Made by a program: the position numbers and the translations under genes. Shown here one piece after another: positions 23,050 through 34,817 of a DNA stretch of 64,000 bases. Below the pieces are notes generated by a model. The model worked only from the letters and a program-made list of their open reading frames with translations. It was not told the DNA's origin and made no database searches. This DNA comes from Blepharisma stoltei ATCC 30299 (taxonomy: Eukaryota; Protista; Ciliophora). Every line of letters begins with the position of its first letter. The stretch's first letter is position 1. The DNA lies in assembly GCA_965603825.1 (NCBI GenBank), contig CBFDEM010000053.1, positions 620,001 through 684,000 on the forward strand, in the 5' to 3' direction.

Positions 23050-23877
23050 ATGGAAATAACTGCAAATTTCATTGAAGAAGTGTCTACGTCAAGCACCCCT
23101 AATGTGCTGCTTATACCGCAAATTAAAGCTGATATAAAGAAATCGATTGGAAATGTTGATAATCGTGACTGCCAAAATGAGCTGAATATTCTGTCAAGTT
23201 TTTATATCCAGTTAATTGAATTTGGGAAAAATCGCTTATTTTTGGGATTTGAAAGAATAGTTCCTCTGCTTCAGATTGGGCATTCACTTATAGCAGCAAG
23301 CTGCTATCAACAAATTTTAGGGAATTTTCCGACAGTTGAAGAACTTTTTACTCTTTTGACGAAGCAAATAGTGGAATCAAGATATACTCCAAGCCAAAAA
23401 AGGCAAATAATTGAATTTTTTACAGAAACATTTTTTAAACATTTCAGACTTTATACCCATGTGTTTGGAAACAAACAAAAATCAGAAACTTTATACATAA
23501 ATGTATCGATTGATTCTCCATTACCAAGCCTCCCTCTCAGTATGGCTGTACAAAGACTTAAGCACAACGAAGTAAAACAAGACGACAATTTCTCTCTAGA
23601 CTCCATATCAAGAAGTGCAAGTGTCCAAAAATCAGGACGAATCAGCAGACCTTCCTCCAGAAAAGGCAGTTTCTCAAGCCCAAAAAACCTTCACAAAGAA
23701 GAAGAAGATTTAAACGAAGCCGTCTCTCCTTTCCCATCTGAGTCCACTGACCCTCTCCAAACTAAACTTGATTTAACTGTCAGAAAATACCAAGACTCTA
23801 TGCAAGAAGAGTTCGAGAAACACCAACAAATAATTGATACCCACTATGAAGAAGTTAAGAAAAAAATAGGAAAATAA
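23050..23877 (+). CDS. CLAMP/C1a-32 family ciliary central-apparatus protein (CFAP119-like)
   Basis: IIEFFTETFFKHFRLYTHVF...P.LPLS.A motif. Confidence 0.7.
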   Translation: MEITANFIEEVSTSSTPNVLLIPQIKADIKKSIGNVDNRDCQNELNILSSFYIQLIEFGKNRLFLGFERIVPLLQIGHSLIAASCYQQILGNFPTVEELFTLLTKQIVESRYTPSQKRQIIEFFTETFFKHFRLYTHVFGNKQKSETLYINVSIDSPLPSLPLSMAVQRLKHNEVKQDDNFSLDSISRSASVQKSGRISRPSSRKGSFSSPKNLHKEEEDLNEAVSPFPSESTDPLQTKLDLTVRKYQDSMQEEFEKHQQIIDTHYEEVKKKIGK

Positions 23878-23893
23878 TTAAGTTAACATGCAG

Positions 23894-24520
23894 TTATGTC
23901 TCAAATAGATGAATTTTGTCATCTATCAGCCAAAAATCGTGATCTTCAGACCGCTCTGGGGAATTGTAATTTGGCTTTAAAATTTTTTTCCTGGAAATTA
24001 TAGGCTTTTTGATAAACCTTGAATTATCTCTTAAAAAGGAATCCATCATGTGTCCATAATAGTTATAGCTGCCAGGGTAGTTTTTTGTCTGCTTATGGGA
24101 TGGTGGGCTTTTTGATAAAAATTTTATTTTCTTACTCTTTTTGCGGACGTGAGTAGGACTTGTCCCATAATTTGGGCCAAATTTATAATGTTTTTCTGTG
24201 TTTGAAAGTCTTGCTAAATAGTTGTCAATTGAATAGTCAGGGATATTAACTTCATCAAGGGACCTATTATGGTAGTTATATAAAAACCCAGCCAAATGTT
24301 TGCATGACTCCGAGTACCTCGGGGCTAAATATTTCTGCAGTTCCATCTTGGTCATATCTTTATAAATTCCATAAAACTGCCTTCCCCAAGAGTCGTCATG
24401 CAAATTATACCCCCTGATAAAAAAGAGTAGCTTAGCTTGTAGAAGCTCTATTAATTTTTCTGTTAATTTCGCATAATGCATTTCTTGTGCTCTTGTAGAG
24501 AATCCACTATAAACTGACAT
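23894..24520 (-). CDS. Uncharacterised protein, 'VYxGFSTRxQE' family, paralog A
   Basis: 208-aa ORF; N-terminal ~75 aa align with the adjacent gene. Confidence 0.8.
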   Translation of the reverse strand: MSVYSGFSTRAQEMHYAKLTEKLIELLQAKLLFFIRGYNLHDDSWGRQFYGIYKDMTKMELQKYLAPRYSESCKHLAGFLYNYHNRSLDEVNIPDYSIDNYLARLSNTEKHYKFGPNYGTSPTHVRKKSKKIKFLSKSPPSHKQTKNYPGSYNYYGHMMDSFLRDNSRFIKKPIISRKKILKPNYNSPERSEDHDFWLIDDKIHLFET

Positions 24521-24532
24521 TATTTTAATTTA

Positions 24533-25085
24533 TTATCTTTTAATATGAGATAGCTTCAAAATTTTGGCACTGTCTGAGGTAATTGATGAGGATCTTGCTA
24601 TATCAGGAGACTTGCTTCTTGACTTGCTTCGTGTTAATCAACCTCAATTAATAAATACCTGATAATTGGATATCTTTAGTGTGGATTGGAGGAAGTTCAG
24701 TAGATCCTTGACGGTTTTCAAGCTTTAAGGGCGAGCTGAGAGGCGAAAGGCTTCTCTCTATTGTTTTGCTGAGGGTGAATTTTGGTGTTTCTTGCTTTGT
24801 TAACTCGGTGTAATTGCGAATGTTAGGCCTAAATTTAAGGGGAGCTTCTAAAGTTTCTATTAGTTCGACACAGCTAGATGTAAATTTTGGAGGGTAATGT
24901 TTGCGCTCTTCAAGTTTGGCCATGCAGATTAAAGTATTTTTGCATTTTGTCGACCATTCTGGCTCAATGGATTCTCCTTTGTAAGATGAACTGATAAAAT
25001 ATTGTAGGTCGCCTATTAGACTTTCTGTTAGCTTGTTGTATTTAGTTTCTTGATTGCGAGTACTGAAACCTCCATATACTGCCAT
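24533..25085 (-). CDS. Uncharacterised protein, 'VYxGFSTRxQE' family, paralog B (one 16-nt intron)
   Basis: Removing intron 24643-24658 extends the ORF as G[TGA=W]LTRSKSRSKSPDIARSSS... to TAA 24533-35. Confidence 0.75.
24643..24658 (-). other. 16-nt spliceosomal intron
   Basis: gtatttattaattgag; removes an in-frame TAA and restores an open frame. Confidence 0.75.
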
Positions 25086-25158
25086 TTGTAAATTTTATAA
25101 ATTTAAAGAGTCAATAGCATATTAGGGTACAAATTATAATTAAACATTATTCATAAAT

Positions 25159-27369
25159 TTAATCTCCAGAAAATGAAATATCTGGAATATCCATATTCTT
25201 CGCCACTTTTTTGACATCTAACGAATACTTACTAATCAATGGCAAGCTTGATACTGATTTCGTTGGCAATGACTTAACCCTCATTAGCTCATTTTCTTTA
25301 TCTTCTTCATCAATCATGTCATTTAATATATCTTCAATATCATGTATTACTTCTGTATTTGCTCGAATCTGTTTAGATAACCCATCAATTTTTTCTTCTA
25401 ATTTTTTTTGCACCTTTTCAATGTTTTCCTCTTCATTTTCCCTGACCTCTTCAAATTTGTCCATTTCTTTTTCAATCATCACTTTAAATTCTTTTGCAGT
25501 CATTTTTTTGATATTTCCGTCTTTATTAGCTTTCATCAGAACTTTCATTTCGGCTATAGAGTGTTTTGTTTTTTTGTCTTTTTCTTTAGCCATTTCTTCC
25601 ATTTCAAACCAAATGGAAGGGAAACTGTCTCTTAATTTTTCGATGACTGTTTTCATCATTACAAGCAAATTGCATTCAATAGCGGCAATTACTGTATGGA
25701 CTCTTTTGGTTTTTTGGAATATTTCTATATCTCCGAAATAATGGCCTTTTGTTAAAACACGGAATACTGTGTTTTCGTCCCCAAACACGAAGTTTATCCT
25801 GCCTCGGACTATAAAGAAAATGTCGTTAGATGGCTCTCCTTCGCAGTAGACAGTTTCAGAAACTGATGCAAATAAAGGCTGAAGAAAAGGGATGATGGAA
25901 TAAATAAATCTTTGGTCTCTGTTTTGAAAAAATGAAAAAAGGGTATATGCACCGTTATGCATATTTGTTGCAACTTCGTATTTAAGCTGCTTTGGAAGCT
26001 CGTCCATGAGTGATTCTTTTTCTTCAACTGTGAATGCTAAGCGTTCTGTTTTAATTCTGATGCTTTTCTGCATTTTTCGCTTTATATTTTTGTTTAGTGA
26101 CGTTTCGTTTGAAAATTCATCAACGAGGGCTAATTTTTGATCCATTTGGTTCTTTTTTATATCAATTTGAGAAAACATTGATGACAAGGAGCTGATGTTA
26201 AAAGATACGAAATAGAGAGCAGCTATCATTCAGAACATTGCCAGGACTTTTTCAGTGTTTGTTCTTGCAGAAATATCTCCGTATCCAATAGTAGTTAAAG
26301 TAGTTAGTGCCCAGTAAAGAGAAGTTACATAAAGAGTAGATGTATCGCTATCTATATAGCCGCATCGAACAACCCACGTGTCATAATGATAATGGGCTAG
26401 TCTTGAAGTGAGGTGCCAAAAACATGCCATTGCATGAATTCATACCAATATCCTTGATATTGTGCTTAAAAATCGTGTTCCACTATGGTTTATATTCAAA
26501 TAAGATTGAATTCTACTTAAAATTGAATTTGGATTGCTTATTTTAAATGTGTTCAGCAGTCTTGAAAGCCTGAACAGGTTTGGCAAAGAATTTAATCTTA
26601 AGATCCTGACAAATCTATTGTACCCAAGTTGGTATCCATGAGAATTTCCATTAAATACAGGAATAAGTCCCATAGGGATGCAAGCAACTACATCAAGAAT
26701 CAGCCAGCCCTTCAAATAATTTTTGAAAATAGCCTTTCTCTCAGTCACTAAAATTCCATCCACATCGTAAAACGCTGTATTAAGAGTTCATACAATATCA
26801 ATTATAAAACAAATATTAACAAGTACATCAAAAATAAACCATCCGTCAAATTCATGCGGATCAAGAAAAGAGACCACATATGGGCCAACAATTGCAGTAT
26901 ACAAAATTAATAAGCCAATAAAAAAACCATACCAAATTTTTATGCAATTATCTGGATGATAAATTCCATATGGTAGGTCTTCCCGAATACTTTGGGTAAC
27001 ACTCATATTTAACTTTGCTTTCTTTTTAAAGTATCCTTCTATATCTTGGTTGGTCAGTGTAGACGATTGATCCATCCCAGGCTTAAGCCTTGGCCCTGCC
27101 AGAAAGTTTTTTAGCCTGATGCTCATTATTACCTTGCTTTTTGCTCTTTTTCATACTTCTCTATATTTTGAATCTTTCGCTGAGTAAGGGGCAATTATAT
27201 ATTCACTTGGCTCAGTTGAAATTGTTTTTAAATAAGTCTGAGGACTTTTAGGGTTAAATTCAAATTCATTTGGAGGAGTTTGACTAGGAGAGTCAAGTAT
27301 TTCTGGCAAAATCCTTTTGCTGTCACGTTCTTTTAAAAGTTTTAAAAGGCTCTATATGAAACTTACCAT
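25159..27369 (-). CDS. Cyclic-nucleotide-binding-domain cation channel (EAG/HCN/CNG-like K+ channel)
   Basis: Pore TLTTIGYGDI, S4-like RILRL..LFRLSRL, CNBD with HYFGDIE. TGA=W at 27151, 26788, 26440, 26230. ATG 27367-69 is followed directly by a 15-nt intron. Confidence 0.92.
27352..27366 (-). other. 15-nt intron immediately after the start ATG
   Basis: gtaagtttcatatag; contains an in-frame TAG. Confidence 0.85.
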
Positions 27370-27408
27370 TTCTCAAATTTTATTTAGAAGACTTATAAAT
27401 CTTTTTTT

Positions 27409-28055
27409 ATGTCAAAAGAGAAAATGTATTTCCTATTTAGTCTAGAGCTCTCCCTATAAAACGATCAAGAGAATCAAAAAAGCTGCTATCTTTTATAGAA
27501 GAGGAAGAAGAAGGTGAAGAATCTAAATGTCCTAAGCGGCATTTTGGAAAAAATCCAGAAGTCGAAACAAATTTTATTTCTGATCAAGAACGAGAAATCA
27601 TGGAAAAAAGACAAAGGGAAGCCTTAGCTGCACAATATGAAGAAGAACAGAAAAAAATTCTGGACGAGCTTATAGAGCTTTCTTTTTCTTTCTGGGATGG
27701 GACGAACAATAAATACAGCTTGAAAACCAAAAAGGAGACCTCTATAAGCCACTTCTTAGAGATTGCTGTAGAAATCCTTAAAAAAGATTTCCCAGAAATA
27801 AGGCAGCTGCATTCGTCAGCTTTTATATATGTGAAAGAAGATATCATTATTCCGTATGATTATACATTTTATGACCTTATTATAAATGATGCAAAAGGAA
27901 GGAACGGAAGCTTGTTTACTTTGACAAAAAAACAGGATTTCGATAAAGACGAAGGCTATGTCGCAAAAATACTTGAAAGAAAATGGTATGAAAAAAACAA
28001 GCATATATTCCCTGCAAATAGGTGGGAAATATATGACCCACTTAAAAATAACTAG
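27409..28055 (+). CDS. XAP5/FAM50 family protein (short form; 5' end unresolved)
   Basis: FGKNPEVETNFI.DQERE, FSFWDG, YVKEDIIIP..YTFYDLI, WYEKNKHIFPANRWEIYDP. Frame is open from 27441; the start is unresolved. Confidence 0.85.
27426..27440 (+). other. 15-nt intron (XAP5 5' region)
   Basis: gtatttcctatttag fits the consensus, but the frame to the upstream ATG is unresolved. Confidence 0.6.
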
Positions 28056-28072
28056 TATTTATGAAAAATTAA

Positions 28073-28774
28073 TTATCTTTTTCTTTCCCAAAACCATTTG
28101 TAGACTTGTCCATCTTCGTCGACTAATTTTCGCTTTCCTTTTTTCATTAATTCCTTCTTTTTTTCTATCTTGTGGAGTTTGTCCTTTAGAATTTCTTCTT
28201 CTTCCAAAATTGTGTTGAATTTATTATACCCTTCTTCATTATCATTATTTATTTCTGGGATTTCCATTGATTCTAGCTGTTCTTTAGTTAATCTATTCCC
28301 TTTACGGTCTAATAAAGCTGAATCTGTATTAAAATACTCAGCTGGCTGCAATGCTTTTGCTTCTTCTGAAGTTTTGACAAAAATCATATGTGTATTTGGC
28401 TTTTCTGCGTCTACCAAATGCAGCTGACTTTTTAATTGTTCATGTGTGCTCTGCTTGGCTTGGACTTTCATATTCATCAAGTTGCTGTCCTGAGTTTTTT
28501 GTTTTTTTAGGAGTTCAGGCTCGTCTTCTTCTTCGTCCTGCAAATGTTTTCCATTGTGGAAGCCACTTTTGATCATTTTAAAGTAAAATTCATCAGGGTT
28601 TCTGAAATATGCTTTGTCACGGAGTATGTTTAATTTGTCTTCTTTTTCGTGGTAGTCCTTTGCTCTGAGTTTGTAATCTTGATGCTTTTCAAGCATTCCT
28701 AAATGTTTTCTTCTGGAAGGCTGAGATCTTTCTCTGTATTTTCTTTTAGGGATCGCATTCTTCCAGGTTGACAT
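28073..28774 (-). CDS. UTP11: U3 snoRNP-associated protein Utp11
   Basis: RERSQPSRRKHLGMLEKHQDY..RA, RNPDEFYFKM, VYKWFWERKR. Confidence 0.95.
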   Translation of the reverse strand: MSTWKNAIPKRKYRERSQPSRRKHLGMLEKHQDYKLRAKDYHEKEDKLNILRDKAYFRNPDEFYFKMIKSGFHNGKHLQDEEEDEPELLKKQKTQDSNLMNMKVQAKQSTHEQLKSQLHLVDAEKPNTHMIFVKTSEEAKALQPAEYFNTDSALLDRKGNRLTKEQLESMEIPEINNDNEEGYNKFNTILEEEEILKDKLHKIEKKKELMKKGKRKLVDEDGQVYKWFWERKR

Positions 28775-28817
28775 TTAATGATTTTACTATTAATTTTGGC
28801 TTATTAATAAATATCTA

Positions 28818-30659
28818 TTAAAAATCATAAATATCTCTTTTTGGCTTCTTTAAGGTCTCACTTGCATCTGGGATTAATTTTTTGGTTTCTTCATACTGAG
28901 GTGCTGCTCTGGCTGACCCTCTTCTTTCACTTCTCACTGACACAAATGACGCTTTCTGCTCTTCTAAACCTCCTGTTGCGATCCTCTGAAAATATCCTGC
29001 ATTACTTGCAAAAGAAGGACTGACCCCTTTTCTTTCTTTTTCAGCCCTAACTAATTTTTTATTACATTTTTTAATCAGCGCTTGTCCTTCTTTAAGTTTC
29101 TCTTTATCATATTTATCCCCAAAACTGAATTGTGACATTCCAAGACTTGCCATTATTTTTGTATGAATATTAAAGAAATTCATTAAACAGAACACTAAAA
29201 GTAATAAAGGCACATACATTGCAAATCCTGACCCGAAAATTGGGATTAAATTGATGTTTTTCATAACTTTATTGAACTGGGTATCTGTAACTTTAATAAG
29301 AAGCAAAAAATTATAGCTGAGAGGAGCTACAAGCCTAGCCATAAACGTAGCACATCATAATAAATTTGGAGGATCTGTAAGCCTTGGAGCATATAAGCCA
29401 AATTTCCCTCCTAATTTTAGCTTAAAAAGTGCGAGATAAGTGGATACAATAATATATAAAAGGATAAAAAAGCATAAAATCTGTGTCGCTTCATCGCCAT
29501 ATTCGTGCTCAAATAATATAGGAAATGCAGCAACTGGGGTGTCAATAAACAAAGTTGACTCGCCAACTATGATCCAAATGCTTGCGAAATATAGTAATAA
29601 TGCGATTACTCTGGCTAAAATAGGGTTAATTCAGCAAAATCACAGCCATTCTGACACTTCAATGCTCCTGCCTAATTTTCCAGCTCTTTTTGACCAAAAT
29701 GCGCTTTCTATTTTTTTTTCTGGGTTTTTCTTGTTGTTTACAATATCTTGTATGTGAAATGCTTCTTTCAGCAATTCTTCCCAACGACTCTTATTATTGA
29801 CTTACCATTTGGTTCTAATATAGTTGGAGATCAATTTTTTGAGGTCTAAATTGATTTTAATCAGCTTTTTCTCGTTGACGACTTCTTTTGAGTCAACTCG
29901 GTACCCGCTGATAGCTCTGTTGTGCTGCAGTGATTCTTCAGGGCATATACTGAGCATTATTTCGTATCATTCTCTAAGTTTGGTCTCTTTCACTATTTGT
30001 TTATCTAGGCTCATTATCATGCCAACATGTTGATCAAGCTGATATTTGGCTTCTATGAGAGCTTCGTCCATAAAAAATGCTTTCATTGCGACATAGTCTA
30101 ATGCATGCTCGAGGTTTCCATAATTTCATCAGCTTCTAGGGATAGCTACTAAGCCATATCCTAATAAAGTGATAATTAGAATTAATCCCCAACAGTTGCT
30201 GATGATAATCAAAAATGCTGTTATGTCGGTTCTATGTTATGATTACAAGGTAAGACCATGAGCAATATATGCATAGAGAAGCAAAGCCCCACCGACTGCT
30301 GCTAAGATTACGTGGTATCTGATATAAACAAACAGAGCCTTTTGCAATTTAGATAATACAGTGAATTCACCAGCTTGATGATAATTCATAAGTATTGGCA
30401 TAAAGAACCAGCATAAACAAAATACAGTCCAATAAATAACTTTTCAGCACATATAGAGAAAATGCTCATCTCCTTCTGCTCCAAGGGCTAAGGACACATC
30501 AAATGGGATAAGAGTTACGATGATAAATGATGTGAACCAGCCAATACCTACAAAAAGCTTAACATGAATCGGTGTTTGCTTTGTTGGATAGTGATAAATC
30601 AAATATACTGTTAGGAAAGTAACCAGAGCAAGAACCAAAATTGTAAACCAAGTTATCAT
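28818..30659 (-). CDS. LMBR1-like membrane protein (LMBRD2-type), 2-3 tiny introns
   Basis: LIPFDV, VIYW, AGEFT, SNCWGL..LLGYGLVAIPRS[TGA TGA=WW], RLVAPLSYNFL. Introns 30232-46 and 29788-805, probably also 29051-65. Confidence 0.88.
29051..29065 (-). other. Probable stop-free 15-nt intron
   Basis: gtaataaaaaattag, consensus match. Confidence 0.6.
29788..29805 (-). other. Inferred 18-nt intron
   Basis: gtaagtcaataataagag; needed to remove TAA and keep the frame. Confidence 0.6.
30232..30246 (-). other. 15-nt intron
   Basis: gtaatcataacatag; contains an in-frame TAA. Confidence 0.88.
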
Positions 30660-30929
30660 TTTGTTTTTATTAGTATAAAATCTGAATAAACTCTTTATAA
30701 TTACTAAATAATCACAGTGAAAATGCAAAGATATATTAATAGCAAGAGATTTTAAATAAAATTCTCTTAGGATTTTTTGAATATATTTATTATTTTTTCT
30801 TATTTTATTAATTCAACAATGCAAATTTTATTAATAAAAAGATATTTTCTATCACTATATTCATCAATTTATTTCTTGATACAATCACACAAGATTATTT
30901 AATTAATGTTCAAGACATTATTTATTTAA

Positions 30930-32207
30930 TTAAGTCTGAACAGGAGTTTTAATTGTAGTTTCCACAAGTCTATAAGCATAAAGGTCATTAAACGGCATCT
31001 GATGTCTATCCCCTCCAAACACATACATGAAATTATTAACCACAACTGCCGAATGGCCATCTCTCGGATGTGGAGGTTTTCCTCTAATTCTTCCTTCAAG
31101 AGGACTTGGAGGGCCATCATACAAGCTATTTTTCTTTTTCAGAAAAGACAGCCCTTCTCCAACAGGAGAAGCATCTGGCGACTTCGATATATGAAGAGAC
31201 GGCGTTTTTGCAGGTGAAGTTGGCTCAGGAACCGTCTTATGCTTGTGGTTATGATTAATTGATTTCCTTTTCTTATACTCCTCCAGCTGTTCAGGAGTTA
31301 CCGGATCTTTAATTTGGAACTCAAACTGAAACATTGTCCACGTATTGGTCAAAAAATCAAACGAAAACATGTCATTTGTCTCCTTGGTGATATCCCGCAT
31401 TCCTCCAAAAATTACCATATCATCTTTAAATACAATAGCAGAATGTCCAGATCTCCCAGTTGGGATTTGTCCATGTCCTATAATCTTTTCTCAATGATAA
31501 GTCCTCAAGTCAAGCTTCCACAGGTCGCAGAGTTTTTCGCCTTCATCGTCTGAGCCGCCAAATATATATAAACAGTGGTTATACACAACAGAAGAATGGT
31601 TAGACCTAGGCGATGGTTCTTCGTCAGTCTGCGCCCTTTTCCATTTCTGGGTTGATAAATTCAGTATATAAACAGTATTAGACCTGACCCCTTCTGCAAA
31701 ACCTCCAAATACGACCATTGAGGAAGCGACATCTTCGTATAGACAAGCAGTATGAGAGTCTAGAGAAGGTGGGAGATCAGGCCTTTCAGGAGGGATAACC
31801 GTAAGGCTCCGAGAATTTAAATCAATTACACTTGTGGTGTTAAATTCTCGGTCACCATTGCTGCCTCCGAATACGTACATTTTATCGTCTTTAACTATAG
31901 CTGAGTGTCTGCACAATGGACCTAATCCTGGAATTTCTATTTCTTCCCAGGGCTCTGCGTCGAAATAAGCTTCTCGTAAGTTTAAGGACCAAAGGCCTGA
32001 TTGTGGGCCTTCTCGTAAGTCTTGTCCACCATATATGAGGATTTTTTCGTTCCATGATGCAGCGGAGTGGTAACTTCTGCGTGATGGGTGCCTGCCGAGA
32101 AATCTGATTTCTTCCCAGTGATTGAGGGAGCTTTCACTGTCATCAAGAGGGCTTGTATCAATATGAAGCTCAAATGGGTTGTTAGGGACCTTTAAAAGAT
32201 GATCCAT
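30930..32207 (-). CDS. Kelch-repeat protein
   Basis: Repeated PxxRxxHS...YxFGG blades; ORFs joined by TGA=W at 31491-93. Confidence 0.9.
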
Positions 32208-32510
32208 GAATTTTTTAAAACTGATTAAAAAATAGAAGTAAAGCTGAACAAATCAGCTTTGACAAAATAAAATGGAAATCAACTAACTTAAATCTTGGTG
32301 GCAAATAATGCGTTAATTATTGATTATATATGCTTTAGTTAAATATTGAGGAAGGAAAACTAGCCATTAAATATACCTGACATAGAATAATTTCATGTTA
32401 TGCCTAAATAGACATAATTACACAATTAAAACATAATTTTATTAGATTTTATAATTTTCAGCCCAAATCCTATTAATTAGACTAATACGAAGTTAATTAT
32501 CTTATCTTAA

Positions 32511-34178
32511 TTACTTTCCATAAAGTATTTTGCAAATTTCTGCGGAGTTCTTCCGCTTCGACGCAAATGCATATAGATTCGAAAGCTTTGCTTGTTTAAT
32601 TGAGCTATTAATTGTGCATGAAGTAGAAATATCTGAAGGGATAAATCTACAAGGTGTTTTAGGTCTTTTCGGTGATTGATCTTCATCTTGTGAGATCCTT
32701 ATGTCTGCTTGATAAAAATCAAATGTTTCATTAGAATGAGAAGTTTTGATTGGAGTGAAATCTTCAGTGCTTCTATATGAGTTTTTTCTTATTGGTGTTG
32801 TGAATTTTTCTTCGTCTTCATTTATCAATCTGCTGAATTTCATAGTTTTGGAAAGATCAGTTTTTATATTTTCTTTACCGTTTTCTTTGGCTTCAGGGAT
32901 TCCTTTAGGAATTTCTTTTAATTCATCAAGGATTTTATCAAGTTCATTGGATTCTTGTAAAGGATTTTCCTTATGATTTTCTTTTCTTTCCTCAATTATT
33001 TCTAGTTTACTTGTTTCTTTTTCTGTCCCACTCCCTTCTTCATCTGAATCTATTGGCTTTCTTAAGCTTTTTGGCATACTTTGGTGCTTTCTTTTTGCTG
33101 TTAATAGCCTGTTAGCCTGGCCCGCATCTCCAGCTTCTGCCTTATACATATCCCCTTTTGTATATGTCAAATGTCTTATTGACTGGACAGACCGTCTTAT
33201 ACTATAAGCATACTCTAATAAAAAATATTGCTGAGGTCCTAATATACTCCCTGGTCTGCATATTCTGCACCACGCAATAAAATCTTCAGGCATTGCCTTA
33301 AATATTTTAATTGCATAGCACCCAATAAGTGTCCCAGTTCTCCCAAGCCCTGCTTTGCAATGAACAGCTACTGCTCCTGGCCTTAAAGCTATATCAATAA
33401 ATCTATTGACAATCTCTGCATTAGGCACACTCCCATCTTTAAAATAAAGATCATAATGCTTGATGCCTTTTTCTAAAAATTTTGTGTTATCATATTTTCT
33501 TTTATTCAGTTTTATTACATTTTTTATGCCAAGCTTGCAAAAAATTTCTGCATAATCTTCAGACATAAGTGTTTTGTTTCCTTTGGTATCAAATTGTGTT
33601 TTTGCAGGCGATTCGGAGGCTAAAAATTGGTTATGGATGATCCAGTTTAAGTCTCCATACTGGACTTTTTCATAAAACTCATATTCATCTAAATTGAAAG
33701 TAGAATAATCGAATCATTTTTTCTTTATGGCGAACTCAATTCCTTTTAAACAGTGAAGAAGGGTGCATTCATATGTGCACTCATCATCACTTGCATCCCT
33801 AAATGGCTTCAGCTCAAGGGTCCTTAGATGCTCATAAGCTTCAGATGAAGTTCTATTCAAGATGATAATTTGAAATGCACCTACCAGATAAGCGCCGTTT
33901 GCAAGCTTATTGGGAGCTGAAGATACATAAATATAGATTTTTTTGCCTTCCTTAGCAGGGTCGTGGATTTCTTTATCAAGAGCACTGCAAAATCTGTAGG
34001 TTTGTCCGAGGCTGAGAGGACCAAAATCATGATTATAAGGATGATAGGTCAAAGTGTTCGCTAACCGAAATGTACAAGTGTCAGCCGTCTCTTTTGGGAT
34101 TGTTTTCCCATATACAAAGAAAAGCTTATCTGCCTATAAAATACTTTCAATAATTGAAACTTCATTGGATTGCTTCAT
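32511..34178 (-). CDS. CDC14: Cdc14-family dual-specificity phosphatase
   Basis: DFGPL, PFRDAS, GDLNWII, VHCKAGLGRTG, RICRPGSILGPQQ. Intron 34130-44; TGA=W at 33714-16. Confidence 0.93.
34130..34144 (-). other. 15-nt intron
   Basis: gtattttataggcag; contains an in-frame TAG. Confidence 0.88.
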
Positions 34179-34237
34179 TAACTGGATTTCGTTAATAATT
34201 TATTTCATGCTAATTACCTAAAGCAATTTTTTTTAAT

Positions 34238-34780
34238 TTAAATTAAAGGTGAGTAATTATATTCTGCCTTATTGTGCATAATGAGCTCATCTTGCACAAA
34301 GTAAAAACTATCTGACTTAGTCTCCCAGGGGTTTTCAATCATTTGTTGAAGTAGCTCTTCAGGTATTTCAGGAATTTCATAAATAACTTCTCAGGAGTTT
34401 CTTGTATTTGGGATACAAAAATCTATATTGAAATCAAAACTTTTCAACAAATTATTTCTAAAATAATGCCGCTCTATCATACGAAAATTTCTTACTTCTT
34501 TTGGCCCAACTGTAAAGTCAATTGTGCTGCCAAGGGCTCTCAGCTTTAAAAAATCAGGTCCGAGGTGATATTTTACAGTTCTAAACTGGTCGCCATCTAT
34601 TGCTGCTTCAGTTGATACAGTTTCGCCTTCGCTTTGGACTTCAAAAAGGACCATGCCAGATTCTAGGTCTCTGACTCGGAAATAGACAAATTCAATTCCA
34701 TAAGTGTTCGCTGACAGGGGGCATAGAAAAGTAGAAGTGGCTTCAGTCAGCTGTGAAACATAATCAGGGGTTATTTCCAT
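34238..34780 (-). CDS. UNC119: UNC119 lipid-binding chaperone
   Basis: [35 protein letters not shown]; after TGA 34391-93 continues [10 protein letters not shown]...LIMHNKAEY to TAA. Confidence 0.93.
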
Positions 34781-34817
34781 TTTATATTATAAATAATTGA
34801 TTTTTTTGACTGGCTTA

